Source of the DNA: Octopus sinensis
Taxonomy: Eukaryota
Assembly: GCF_006345805.1 (NCBI RefSeq)
Contig: NC_043004.1
Coordinates: 13,330,001-13,394,000, forward strand
DNA length: 64,000 nt
Direction of reading: 5' to 3'
Position numbers and translations under genes: made by a program
The notes under the pieces: model-generated
The model's input: only the letters and a program-made list of their open reading frames with translations
Databases searched by the model: none
Told to the model about the DNA's origin: nothing
Shown here: positions 13,763 through 25,108 of the stretch, one piece after another
How positions within the stretch are numbered: position 1 is the stretch's first letter
How the letters are laid out: the number at the start of each line of letters is the position of its first letter

Positions 13763-14906
13763 CAATTACATGAACGACTTACGTACACCTAACGGAATTT
13801 TTTTTCTGAATACAAACTTGAGTGAACCATATTGTTATGGTTTTAAAGAAAATGGAATTCGGTCTATTGAAGATTGTTTATATCAACGTCTAAAACTATA
13901 CATAATTATACTATATTTTTCTTTTCATTCCTCCTTCTTCGCTGCTTTTATCTTTCTCTCATCCTATCATTCTTATCATTTTGATTTGAATTGAAAACAA
14001 CTACTTGGATAATCAATTATTTTGCTATCTTCAGTGACATTTTACCGAAGGCATAGAAGACTGAAACAAGCTGGTTATTGATATGGAACTAACAGAAAAG
14101 ATTTAATATTACATAGATAAAAAAAAATTATGACATCTTGATTTACAATGATACATTTTAGAAAGAATGCTTTCCTTTAAGAAGTCCGGTTGTAGAATAA
14201 ATAAATAACATAAACCACAAGAAATACAACATTAAGTCTTCTCGAAAAAATTCAGCCAAGTTTTCAATTAAAGCAATTTCCCTTACTTACAGCACTAATA
14301 TACCATCTTCACTATTTATAACGCTGCAGTAACAGAAGTTTTCGTAACAGCCAAATGGTTGTATATTCAATCCAAAGTGACATTGCCGTGAGCAAGTATA
14401 TTCTGCCGTATGTTCCATTTGAACTATGAGTGAACAAACGCCGTAAGGCGGTGACTGACCATGGTTGTAGATCTATACGCACCTATATCCATGCTTACAC
14501 GCAACATATATGCATATATATATTCTCAACCAAGTTCCCCTGTTTACGCATGAACAACTGTAAATATCTCTTCTTACGTGAAACTATTGGTAGTCTTTTT
14601 AATCCACAAATAAAGAATATTTATCCACCAATGCGGTGTTGCACACTCATTCACTCATTCTCTCTGTTCGATATTAGCGCGCGTGTGTGATTGTGTGTGT
14701 GTCTGTGTACATACATTAATGCGTGTTTTGTATCGAGATTTTCACAAAAATATATTTAACATTTAAGGGGAGTACATTTTATTAGTGGAATAACCCACAC
14801 GAGATGCATCGAAATGTTTAGTTCGAAATTACACTGCTACCCTCTGTCAGACAGTCTCTCTGTATTTATTTCTTTTTCTTTTTCACTCTCTCTCTCTCTG
14901 TTTCTT

Positions 14907-14939
<33 letters not shown>

Positions 14940-15699
14940 TATACTCGTATTGACAAATACACATACACACATATATACATATATATATACATAGATGTGT
15001 GTTTGTGTCAATGGTATTATATGTGCGTGTGTGTGTGGAAATAGAGAGAGAGAGAGAAAGGGAGATACTACCACATTAAAGGGTATAACAGAGGATATAT
15101 AATAGAACTTTGAGAAATATATAAATACAAACCCCTATAGTAGGGCAGTCCACTTAGTAGTAGTAGTAGCGATGATGATGATGAGGATGCCAATTATTAG
15201 AAAAACATTCTAAATTGACCTTGACCTTCAATCTATTTCATTTAGTTTACTGAATGATGGTTCCAGTGAAGCGTGCCGCAGAAGTGTCGATGTATCACAC
15301 TATATTTTGGTAACTCATTACATTTATGCGAAACAGCGACTCACTCTATACTATATATTTCATAGCGTTAAGGGAGCAGATTAGACCGTAATGAAAACAG
15401 GGCGCTATTCGGGGGAAGTTTTTCTCTGAGTGTTTACTGGGCTAAAGCAAGGTCATCTACAGTTATGAAACGGGACATTTTAAAACATCTGTTAACTTCT
15501 CTAAACATATTTTATTCCTTTTTCTACTCCGAGATTTATGAGTCAATCTGTGAGATGTGCAAATACAATTTGCGAAGCCGTACCTTCGAACTCCGTACAT
15601 CTGCTTACCAGAATAATAGTCTCTTTTCTTTGTCCTTTCTTGCTTGTGTCACCAATGTCGACGTTCCATTTTCTCTGCAGTCATTAAAAAACAGTCGCA

Positions 15700-16130
15700 A
15701 ATAGCTGCGTATACTTGGGACATTCTTAACCCAGAATACCCGAATCCCTCGAGTCTTGGGGCTTTCTAGTTCGGTAGTTCCTTAACCACACTTTTAATTT
15801 CTTTGTCGGTAATTGCTATAATTTCTCGTGTCACTCTTTCGAAATCCTGCAACCAGCCTGCATTTATATTACGTTGGAAATCTTTGCTCCAGATTTCTGC
15901 CCAGAATTCCCTTGCTGGTGCAGGTGTATCAATATCCTGATGCTCTTCTGTGCCTGTAGTTTACATAATTTTCTTTCATTGTTCATTTTTTTTTGATGTC
16001 TCCTTTTTCTCCTGACATTGCTTTGATTTGACACTTCTTTATCTACCTGTAGTCTAATGCTGTACTTTATTTGCAGTTCGTTCTCGTGTTTTTTCCCTGC
16101 CCCACTTTTTTTTCTATGATTATGTTTCCG
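15700..16130 (-). mobile_element. R4/Dong-clade non-LTR retroelement fragment (pre-RT region)
   Basis: Minus-strand DTPAPAREFWAEIWSKDFQRNINAGWL...ITDKEIKSVVKELPN*KAPRLEG follows the FW..IW...W..NWKAPG.DG pattern. Confidence 0.7.
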
Positions 16131-16261
16131 TCCATCTCACGTATCAATTTTGCGCTATTCAGTCTCGTTCTCAAGGTTTTTCTCCCACCTTGGGACTTTG
16201 TCTTGTCTTTCTAGGGTCTTTAATAATTTGCACAACAATATACAAGCTGCTCAAATGCGGT

Positions 16262-16640
16262 GCACGCCGGGCGAAATCCTTGGCGGTATTTCGCCTGCCG
16301 CTACGTTCTGAGTTCAAATTCCGCCGAGATCGACTTTGCCTTTCATTCTTTCGGGGTCGATTAAATAAGTACCAGTTATGCACTGGGGTCGATATAATCG
16401 ACATAATCCGTTTGTCAGTCTTTTTTGTCCTATCTGTGTTTAGCCCCCTGTGGGTATGTAAAGAAATAGGTATTTCGTAGGTCTTTACATTCTGAATTCA
16501 AATTCCACCGAGGTCCACTTTGCCTTTCATAGTTTTGGGGTCAATAAATTATGTACTACTTGTGCACTGGGTTCGATCTAATCTACTGGCTTCCTTCCCC
16601 AAATTTCATGGCCTTGTGCCTAGAGTAGAAAAGAATATAC
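16262..16640 (+). mobile_element. Two stacked octopus-type SINEs (family C)
   Basis: GCACGCCGGGCGAAAT...GTTCTGAGTTCAAATTCCGCCGAG...TTTGCCTTTCAT...CACTGGGGTCGAT, with the core repeated from ~16480. Confidence 0.85.
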
Positions 16641-16782
16641 AAGTTGCGCAGTGTACAAATAAGGCCGTTTAAGTTATATTTTCAATATAATTTTTTTTTT
16701 CATAGCTCATCCATCTTTTTAGCAACTTTACTTAGATGTCAAGCATTGCTCTCTGACTCAATAAAATATAAGTAAAAATAAA

Positions 16783-16784
<2 letters not shown>

Positions 16785-16866
<82 letters not shown>

Positions 16867-16919
16867 GAAATCATAATATTATTATTATTATGATTTTCAT
16901 TATTATTATGATTATTATG

Positions 16920-16964
<45 letters not shown>

Positions 16965-16975
16965 GTTATTATGTT
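16785..16975. repeat. (AAT)n followed by (ATT)n microsatellites
   Basis: Direct reading. Confidence 0.95.
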
Positions 16976-17379
16976 TTATACCTGTTTGTGGGTGCGAATC
17001 TAGTTTTGATTTTACGCTTAATTAATAGGCTTGTGATAATATTTTACGTATAATTTATTTCCCTTGATGTAAAATTAATGAATTTGTATAAATCACTTCC
17101 TATCTCAGTTTTCAGGTAAACTATGTGTAGAATGCGAAGGATATTAAAGCAGTGCATGCAACGTAAATATGAGAGAGTTACCACTTATAATTGTATAAGT
17201 GTATCCAATGAATACTAATTAATAGTGGAACTAAATCTACTTATAATTTGAACAGTCGTAGGAAGAGTTGATGGATGGTTATGATTTTGAATAATATTTT
17301 TTATAATTATTCATGAGGTGTATCAACGGCTGTTACAACTGTTAGTATCTCGGTTCGTTTAACAGCAATGCCATCATCA

Positions 17380-17391
17380 ACAACAACAACA

Positions 17392-17444
<53 letters not shown>

Positions 17445-17468
17445 CACTACTACTACTACTACTACTAG
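17380..17468. repeat. (CAA)n/(CTA)n microsatellite
   Basis: Direct reading. Confidence 0.95.
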
Positions 17469-17699
17469 TTATAGTATTTGTGATTCCACATTTTGGCCTA
17501 AGATCAACGAGTACTGGGTAGGGGTATAGTCGATAACATCTATACAAGCTCAGATAGTATTCATTTTTTTATAGACCGTGAAGTTATGAAAAGCAAACAC
17601 GAATTTGAAATTAGAAAGTAAAGCCTAACAAAACACCGCGGAGCATTTTGTCTGGCATGCGAAAGATGTGCCAGCTTACAGCCTTAGTTTTGGTAAGAA

Positions 17700-17912
17700 T
17701 AATAGGAATCCTTTCTACTAAAGGCATAAATCCCGCAATTTTAGGGGGAGGGTGCAAGTCGATTACAATGAGACCAGTGTTTCACTAGAACATAATGTAT
17801 CGGCTCCGGGATGATGAAATGCAAAGTCAACCACGTTGGAAGCTGAACTCAGGACATAAAGACAGACAAATTTCCCCAAATGCCTGGCGTGCTAACGTTC
17901 CTGCCAGCTCGT
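17700..17912 (-). mobile_element. SINE family C (degenerate)
   Basis: GGCGTGCTAACGTTCCTGCCAGCTCG head in reverse orientation. Confidence 0.7.
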
Positions 17913-17920
17913 TTCGCTCT

Positions 17921-18440
17921 CATGGTTTGTGATCTTAACTGATTGGAAATATCATGTACATGTTGTTTGTCTTGGTATAAAAATGGCCTGTAGTAAATAT
18001 TTTGCTCAACATCACAAATTTGCTAGTCAGTTGCTTGACCGTAACCAGCTGAGCATGTCCCTTAGAGGCTGACGATATGTGCACCTCTGATCACAAGCAG
18101 TAATAGGGGAGAATCATAACCATGTGTTGGGAGGAATTCTTTGGGGCTTGAATAATTCACGTCAAGAAACATGGATATTTTGTTCAACATCCTTAAACAG
18201 CCCTTATCCGAAGACCTTTTGAGCAGAATGGACTACTTCACCTAAAGAAAACTGGGCCCCAGTTGCAAGGTCATGTGCTGTTTATTTTAATATGAGATCA
18301 CCATGTCGCGTACATATTAGCTGTGATGCATGTGCCTGGTGTACACCTATCAGATGGGTAGTCATGATGGATATACTGGGCTTCGTATATTTTACCTCAG
18401 TGTCACTTCGATAGCATGTACTGTTCACTCACTCAATAAT
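17921..18440 (+). repeat. Non-coding interspersed repeat (family D), apparently full-length copy
   Basis: TCATGG.TT.TGATCTTAACTGATTG...ATCATGTACAT.GTT.TGTCTTGGTATAAAA...GAGCATGTCCCTTAG is also found at 40519 and 57899. It ends CTCACTCAATAAT. Confidence 0.8.
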
Positions 18441-19199
18441 ATTGGCGGTTCAAGATCAAAGCTTGCTTGCTAAAAACTACCGGGCTACTGTTCTTCAAAA
18501 CGGATACTACGATAAATTTGACAAGTAATAGACCATCTTGTCTCGAGATGTCCGGTACTGACACCAAACGAATACAAAGATCGCCACGATAGATTAGGAC
18601 AGTATTTACACTGGAAAATATGTAAACACTACAAAATCAGCACTCCTGCTTACTGATATGAGCATTATCCGGAGCCAGTCATTGAAGGTAAAAATGCCAC
18701 TCTCCTTCGGGAGTTTCCAACACCGATAGAACGATCTAGGCTAATCAACCAGATATAATCATTGAAGAGAGGAAGAACATACTTGTAGACTAATAGATGT
18801 AAGTTTTCCTACTGAATAAAATATATCTGTAAAGGAATTTGACAAGTAAATATAAGGACCTGGAAATTGAAATACAAATGACGTGTCATCTTAAAGCGAG
18901 AACTGTTCCTGTTATTGTGGGTGCTCTTGGTGTGATAAGAAAGGGGTGTCAGAAACATCTAGACAATATCCCAAGAGAACCATGTCTCAGATAAATCCAA
19001 AAGATTTTACTGACAAGTATTACCCACATCTTTAGAAAAACCCTATCAATTTAAATATATGTGTTGTATTACATAAAGATACTGCCCCTGCTACTTCCCC
19101 TCGCCAAGCTATCAGTCATTCTGTAACATCTCCTATCCTCCACTCCCCTGGGTGTGTTTCGGCGAGTGACTGTAACAAACATACAGATAAAATGTGAAT

Positions 19200-19200
<1 letters not shown>
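18441..19200 (+). mobile_element. 5'-truncated, degraded R4/Dong-like retroelement (zinc-finger and REL endonuclease 3' end)
   Basis: Reads LAVQDQSLLAKNYR...CPVLTPNEYKDRHDRLGQYLHWKICKHY...TVPVIVGALGVIRKG...HIFRKTLSI*, and is followed directly by (AAT)n at 19201. Confidence 0.85.
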
Positions 19201-19260
<60 letters not shown>

Positions 19261-21225
19261 GTAACAACAATAATGTTGGTTAGCTGTAGCAATTGCACTT
19301 GATGGGCACGATGATGATGACGTGGCGATGACGATGATGATAATGATGATGACGATGACAACGACGACGACGATGATGATGATAATGATGATGATAAATA
19401 GAAAGGAGGAGGGGAGGAAATAAGGTTCTCGGATGTCTCTTTTATGCTTGTGCCTTTCTGTTCACCGAGTGCACGTACCTATATAACACCATCTCACAGT
19501 GCATTACACAACATTCTTTGCACAAAAGCGGGGGGGGGGGGACAGCTGTAGTAACTTTGTTTCAAGTTTTCGTACTTGTACTCTGGCTGCTTTTAACATT
19601 GCTTTTTCTTGTTTGCTTTCGTTTCAGTGTTTGCCGCTACAAATGCTCTGAGAAATGTACTTAGCTGTTATCGAAGTCAAGACTGCAAATTGCCTGGCAT
19701 TTGCACTTTGCTGTCTTGTTACCGCAGTTACTGCATTGCTGCAATCATTATGCATGACAGCTGCTCCAGCAGAAGCGGTAGCGATCGAGGTTATGTTACT
19801 TGATGAAGCAACACATGGCCCAACTGTCGCTGAACTGATGGTGATTTTTGAGGTTGTGTCGATTGCTATGTTATTTTTCTTTCCTCCTTCGGTTTTGTAG
19901 CATTTAGCCGACAGAATATTGTTTTTTCTCTGCAATTTTTTGTTTCTGGTTTTCTTTCAAGTCACCAATAAATGTGATGAATTTAACAATTGTGGTAAAG
20001 TTGCTGCGTGCTTTGTTACCTGAGAAAATGCCAAAGTCTTCCTAGAAGAGAATAACAAGCAAGAGGCTTACAGGGACAAATTCCTGCTTGCTATTTTTAT
20101 ATCACTTCCTCCTCACTTTCTGTCATTGCTCAGTTATCAAACACATTGCCATCGGTTATGTTTTTTTTTTTTAATTCTGTTTTATTCCTTCGGTGAAAAG
20201 TTCCCTAGTGCATAGGACTCCAGTAGGGCTGAAACAAATGAACATATCAGTCCTTTGCCGTCAGGGTTTGCACGGTAAGAAAGAGTAACATAAAAATTTA
20301 GTTAAACAAATTAGAGAAAAAAAAGGGCCAAGAGACCGCAATTTTCTTTTCAAAATTACGAAACTACAGAAAAACGTGACACAAACCGAGAAATAATAAT
20401 TGACGATGGTGATGATGATAATGACGACGACGACGACAACGATCGTGAAGATGTGGATGATGATGATGATGATGATGATGAGGATGGCAATAGTGATGGC
20501 GATGGTGATGATATTTTTTAACGAATAAAAGTAACTGTATTATTGCTACTGTTTCTATTACATATTTTTAAGTTTATGTTATTGCCATTATTGAAATTAT
20601 AAATTCTTTGGGTCTTATTTTTTTTTAATATTATCTTGCGTGCTGTTACTTGAAGCAGCTGTTGTTTTTGTTGAAGTATTTGTTATAGATTTTAGATAGA
20701 TTTAGGAAGATGCTTGTCTTCATTCCTCTTCTTATTTGTGAATCTATGTTCCATTGTTGTTACCGACTATGTTATAGATGCACATAGATATAGACTCTTG
20801 CTTTCAAATTCCTGCTTTTTTCTTTTCTTTTTCTTTATTTCTAATCTAATGTATAGCCATATATTTTATCTTATTTCAAGTAGTTTCTAGGATAAATAGA
20901 AATGTCAGGCATTTTCTTTCGAAAATCCTCTACATATCATAATATTCCAACATCAATCTTACACTTGTGGATATCCGCCAAGTGAAATTGCAATTTTCAT
21001 ATCTTCTCTGATAATATAAAGCTAGGTTTTATAATGAATATCGATAAATATTGTGACATATCCACAACGTTATTCTTCTATTACTCCCAGAGATGAAAGA
21101 AAACGAATTATAGTTTCCGCAATGTGGTTGTGTCAGTATTGAAGCTAGTGGCAACAGTAATAGCGATATAACATGAAATGGTTCTGTGTAGATAGGTGAC
21201 CCTGCTTGAGATCATCGTAACTTAC

Positions 21226-21302
21226 CAGAAGACATCATAACATCGATACACATCAGGCTAATAATAAATATGATGCTTCCTAATATTCGCAGATCGAAAG
21301 AT
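21226..21302 (-). CDS. Putative internal exon (phase 2 to 1), SFDLRILGSIIFIISLMCIDVMMSS; hydrophobic, signal- or TM-like
   Basis: Acceptor TTTTTGTTTATGTTTACAG with branch-like CTTAAT; donor GTAAGT. Only one of three frames is open. Confidence 0.45.
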
Positions 21303-21430
21303 CTGTAAACATAAACAAAAACTAAAGATTAAGTAAGTATTTATGAGAATTTCTTGGTAAATATAGTCACCAAAGACAATCAGTAGCACAACTTTGATAC
21401 AGTTTCAGAAACAAACAATGAACCTCTTAC

Positions 21431-21475
21431 CTGATCGACATAACAGATAATTCTATCTTAAATGAAACGCGCCAT
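21431..21475 (-). CDS. Putative exon (phase 2 to 2), WRVSFKIELSVMSI(R)
   Basis: Acceptor TACTTTATCCTCTTCTGAAG, donor GTAAGA. A 128-nt GT-AG intron joins it in frame to 21226-21302. Confidence 0.4.
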
Positions 21476-21601
21476 CTTCAGAAGAGGATAAAGTAGTACG
21501 TACACAGTATGTTGTTAGATTGTTTCATAGCTCCTAAAAGATGGAATGATCATAGTTTTAATATTGCTGATTAGAGATTTGCTCGATCGAGATTTACCTA
21601 C

Positions 21602-21675
21602 ATTGCAATAGCAAATCCGAAACAAATAAATGTATCTTCTTCCGTAATTCGTTCATTTAAACAAATCATTAGAGA
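21602..21675 (-). CDS. Putative exon, SLMICLNERITEEDTFICFGFAIA(I)
   Basis: Donor GTAGGT gives a phase-compatible 126-nt intron to 21431-21475. The acceptor is weak. Confidence 0.25.
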
Positions 21676-22759
21676 CTACACACGAGACTGACTGCATTTC
21701 CTGATTAATATACCATATAATTTCATACACATTTATATTGAGCCTATCCAGCAACTTCTAAATACGAGAATCCATCTTCCAACACTGCTTAAAATCATGG
21801 CTTTTTGAGTAAATTATTTCTACTCTACGGCTAATTCTCTCTTCATGATCTACTCGTTATATGATACTTATTGAGAAGTGTAAATTTAACCATTCAATAT
21901 CTAAATTCCTTTTAAGTCTAAACATGCTGTAAAACAAATCCTAACTTCTACAATTACTTTTATTCTTTATAGATATTTTAAAACCTAAGACAACATATCC
22001 CTTTTCATTGAAAATTATTGGAATGAAATGCTTCACGAAAACCTATATACAAGTTTTCAGTGGGTGTATTAACGATAAGGAATTATGCAGACGTAACTAT
22101 TTTAATTAACAAGCAGATTAGACGTCTATAACGAAGATTTCAAAAAAATCTTGAATTGAAATAGGATTCTGTAAAACAGTTCTTCTTCATTTGAAATACA
22201 TAAAATGTGATAGAAAACACTTTCGTATAAAGCATCAATCATGTATATAATGCATACTGCACCAGTTATATAAACGTATAGTTGGCTATGTTTTAGACGC
22301 TGCTTTTTCTCTGAACTATTTCGAGTGTGTAAGGGATGACATTAAGACTAGTATGTATCTTTTCGATGTGAATTAAACTTCATTTGCGTTCGAAACTCAA
22401 ACCCCCTCGTTGTTAAATTTGCACTTCATTGCTCCAGCATTAATGTAATAAAAAGCAGTCAAATAGACAGGTTTACAAAATAGATTATACACTAGACTAT
22501 CCTTATTCATCTAGACAGGTACTCATTATTCTGGCAACTTGTATAAGCCACTATTATCCATGTTGCTTTGAAGTTATTAGTAATGGTCTTCAATCTTATT
22601 TCAGTGAAATGGTGATCAACTGTACCCACAGTTTTCGCTATCAGTTTTCTTCGTCGCCCTTGTTCCAGCAAAAAAATATCATCATCATCATTGTTTGAGG
22701 ATGATGCCGATGATGATGATGTTTAAAATCATCGAAAGTTGAACTAAGAGCGTAAAGAT

Positions 22760-22935
22760 GGACAAATGCTTTGCGTCATTTCGTCCATCAATACTTTGTG
22801 GGTTCCAATTCCACTCAGGCCAATTTGCCTTTCATCATTTGAGGATCGATAAAATATGTACCAGTTAAGCACTGGGGTCGATATAATCGACTTACCCCTT
22901 CACCGAAATTACTGGCCTAATGCCAAAATTTGAAA
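22760..22935 (+). mobile_element. SINE family C (degenerate)
   Basis: TTTGCCTTTCAT...AAGCACTGGGGTCGATATAATCGAC core. Confidence 0.7.
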
Positions 22936-22954
22936 TCATCATTATTATTAGTGG

Positions 22955-23080
22955 TTGTGGTGGAGGTGGTGTTGGTGGTGGTGGTGGTGGTGGTGGTGGT
23001 GGTGGTTTTGGTGGTGGTGGTAGTGGAGGTGGTGGTGGTGATAGTGGAGGTGGTAGTGGTGATGCTGTTGTAGTTCTGTT
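22955..23080. repeat. (GGT)n microsatellite
   Basis: Direct reading. Confidence 0.95.
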
Positions 23081-23097
23081 ATTATCATAGTTATTTG

Positions 23098-23330
23098 TAT
23101 CGGATCATCCCATAAACAATGCGGTTTTTATACTTGTTCCATTTTCCAAGATAAACTTCTTTTTTAATCTAAAATATACTCTCCCTCATTTTCTACTCTA
23201 CGTTTCCATCTATCTGGTAGGCTAGCAATGCCTCTCTTCCAGAATTCACTCCCCATCCAGTTCTGTTCTGATCTCGTCTACAGAATTTCATATTTTCCCC
23301 TCCAAATGATTTTGATGACTGCAAAATAAA
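23098..23330 (-). mobile_element. Mariner 3' end with TIR
   Basis: Minus-strand FWKRGIASLPDRWKRRVENEGEYILD* is a typical mariner C-terminus. It is followed by TIR-like TATCGGATCATCCCATAA at 23098-23115. Confidence 0.8.
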
Positions 23331-23639
23331 TGATAATCAGATGGGGCAATGTCCGACGAATATGGTGGGTGGGGCATCGTTTCCCATTCAAACTGCTCCT
23401 AACCCTAACCCTAACCCCAATGGAAGAACACAGTACGTCTTGAAACCAAAGATGGTTGTTTTCTTCTAGTGGTGATTTAAGCCGCTCAAGCTGTTACCGC
23501 TTGGTTTGGGCTTAAGAGTTCAAAAATGATCTAAACATTTCATATCCCACCAAACAGATAACGCCACTTTACGTTGGTGTTTCCGCGAGTCTTCTTTCAG
23601 TAAAGTGTATAACAACTCATAAAGTTTTTACGACTGGTT

Positions 23640-24300
23640 AAATTCTGGTACATGGGAAATATGTTTCAACTACCTTTACATAGAATTATTAGCTAGGGAA
23701 AGGGTACATGAATTAGAAAACAAGTACTTCCTAGTATTTTATAATACCTGGTCGCTTTGCTTTTATCTACATATATAAGCTTATCCACAATAATAAGAAC
23801 ATTTTTCTGTTTCTACTACAATCACTCTCTAGGTCATATATTCGTGACCTCATATTGTCTTTCTTTGAAATTCAAGTTCTCGTGGGTTTGTACTTAATTA
23901 GGCGTACTGGTTTCTTCGTGTATTGTGGCTTTGGTATATATTACACCACACATTGATACAGTCTGTCTTTCATAGAAATTCTAATTCTGGTACGAATATT
24001 ACTTGTTTAAGGGTTCTAGTTTGTGGATATTTTGTTGCATATACCATTTATTTCAGCTTTCAGTTTTGCACATCATCTAATAGAGTGAGGTATCAAACAT
24101 AATAACTCTTCTGATAGACATTGTTGCACCTAGCGTCGGAATATAGTTAGTCTGTGACAGCTGACTACTTCAAGTTTTCCGAAATCCGACATTCTCCTGC
24201 TGAAGTTGTTCAGGGTAAACAAGTTGCAATATTTAGTTGACAGACACTGGAACTAGACCTCATGCACAGTTATCAGGCCATCAGTTTCTTTTCCCAGGCG
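23640..24300 (-). mobile_element. Possible degraded Penelope-like GIY-YIG fragment
   Basis: Minus-strand CGVIYTKATI and NFKERQY fragments resemble VVYKA.V and FKERY.NH. Confidence 0.3.
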
Positions 24301-25108
24301 CGATATTTGGAGCTAGTTTGTCTCTCTCTCTCTCGTTTTTTTTTTACTTATCACAATCGGATTTATTTAATCGCTTTGGGAATTCTCAGTAAAGCGGCTT
24401 ACGTTCCCATATTCTTTTAATTGTTCGTTTTGTTCTTTCTTTAATTCCATAATGTTGTTGCTTTTTTAAAAAATTCTTTTTCTCCCCACGCAGTGTGTTC
24501 GTGGATGGAGGAAATCTGTTAAATAATCTGGATTTGTTTTAATATATACTAGGTGCTAAGTCTCTTTATCGGGTTTAGGAAAAGCACCAGTGCGCCGGAG
24601 TAAATGCTGCCTGCTAATTTTCCGACTCTTTAAATCCCGATTTCCAATCACTTTGATACCAGCTTTGCTTTTCCTCGTTGTAGGTGGACATCGAGTAGAT
24701 CATTGTTCATGTTATTGGGTTCTTAAACGAAGCGGCTGTTCTCTTCGCTTAGAGTTATTTGCCCTTTTGACATTAGAAATAATAATAATAGGAAGAACCA
24801 GTTGTATATTGGGGCTAATGTAATTGATTAGCCCCCTCCACCACAAATAATTCAGGCTTTGTTTCTGCATCAGATAGGATTAATGCAAGTTGATGATATT
24901 TACCGTTACCAGTTACTCACACCAGAATTAGTGTGAATATATATATTAGTAATATTAGTGAGTCAGGCGGTACTCCAGCATGACCTCAACCTTTGGGCTG
25001 AAATTTGTAAAAGAATACAAGAATAAAACCTACCAGAATATGATTGGTGAGCGTCTAAATTTAAGTGTTTCCTCCAAAAACCTAAAACTTATAAATTGTG
25101 TTAAATAT

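Noticed and set aside
19624-19935. 103-aa minus-strand ORF
   Set aside because: It derives from degenerate trinucleotide low-complexity sequence.
23398-23417. (CCCTAA)x3 telomere-like motif
   Set aside because: Only three units; too short to indicate a telomere and likely part of a dispersed repeat.
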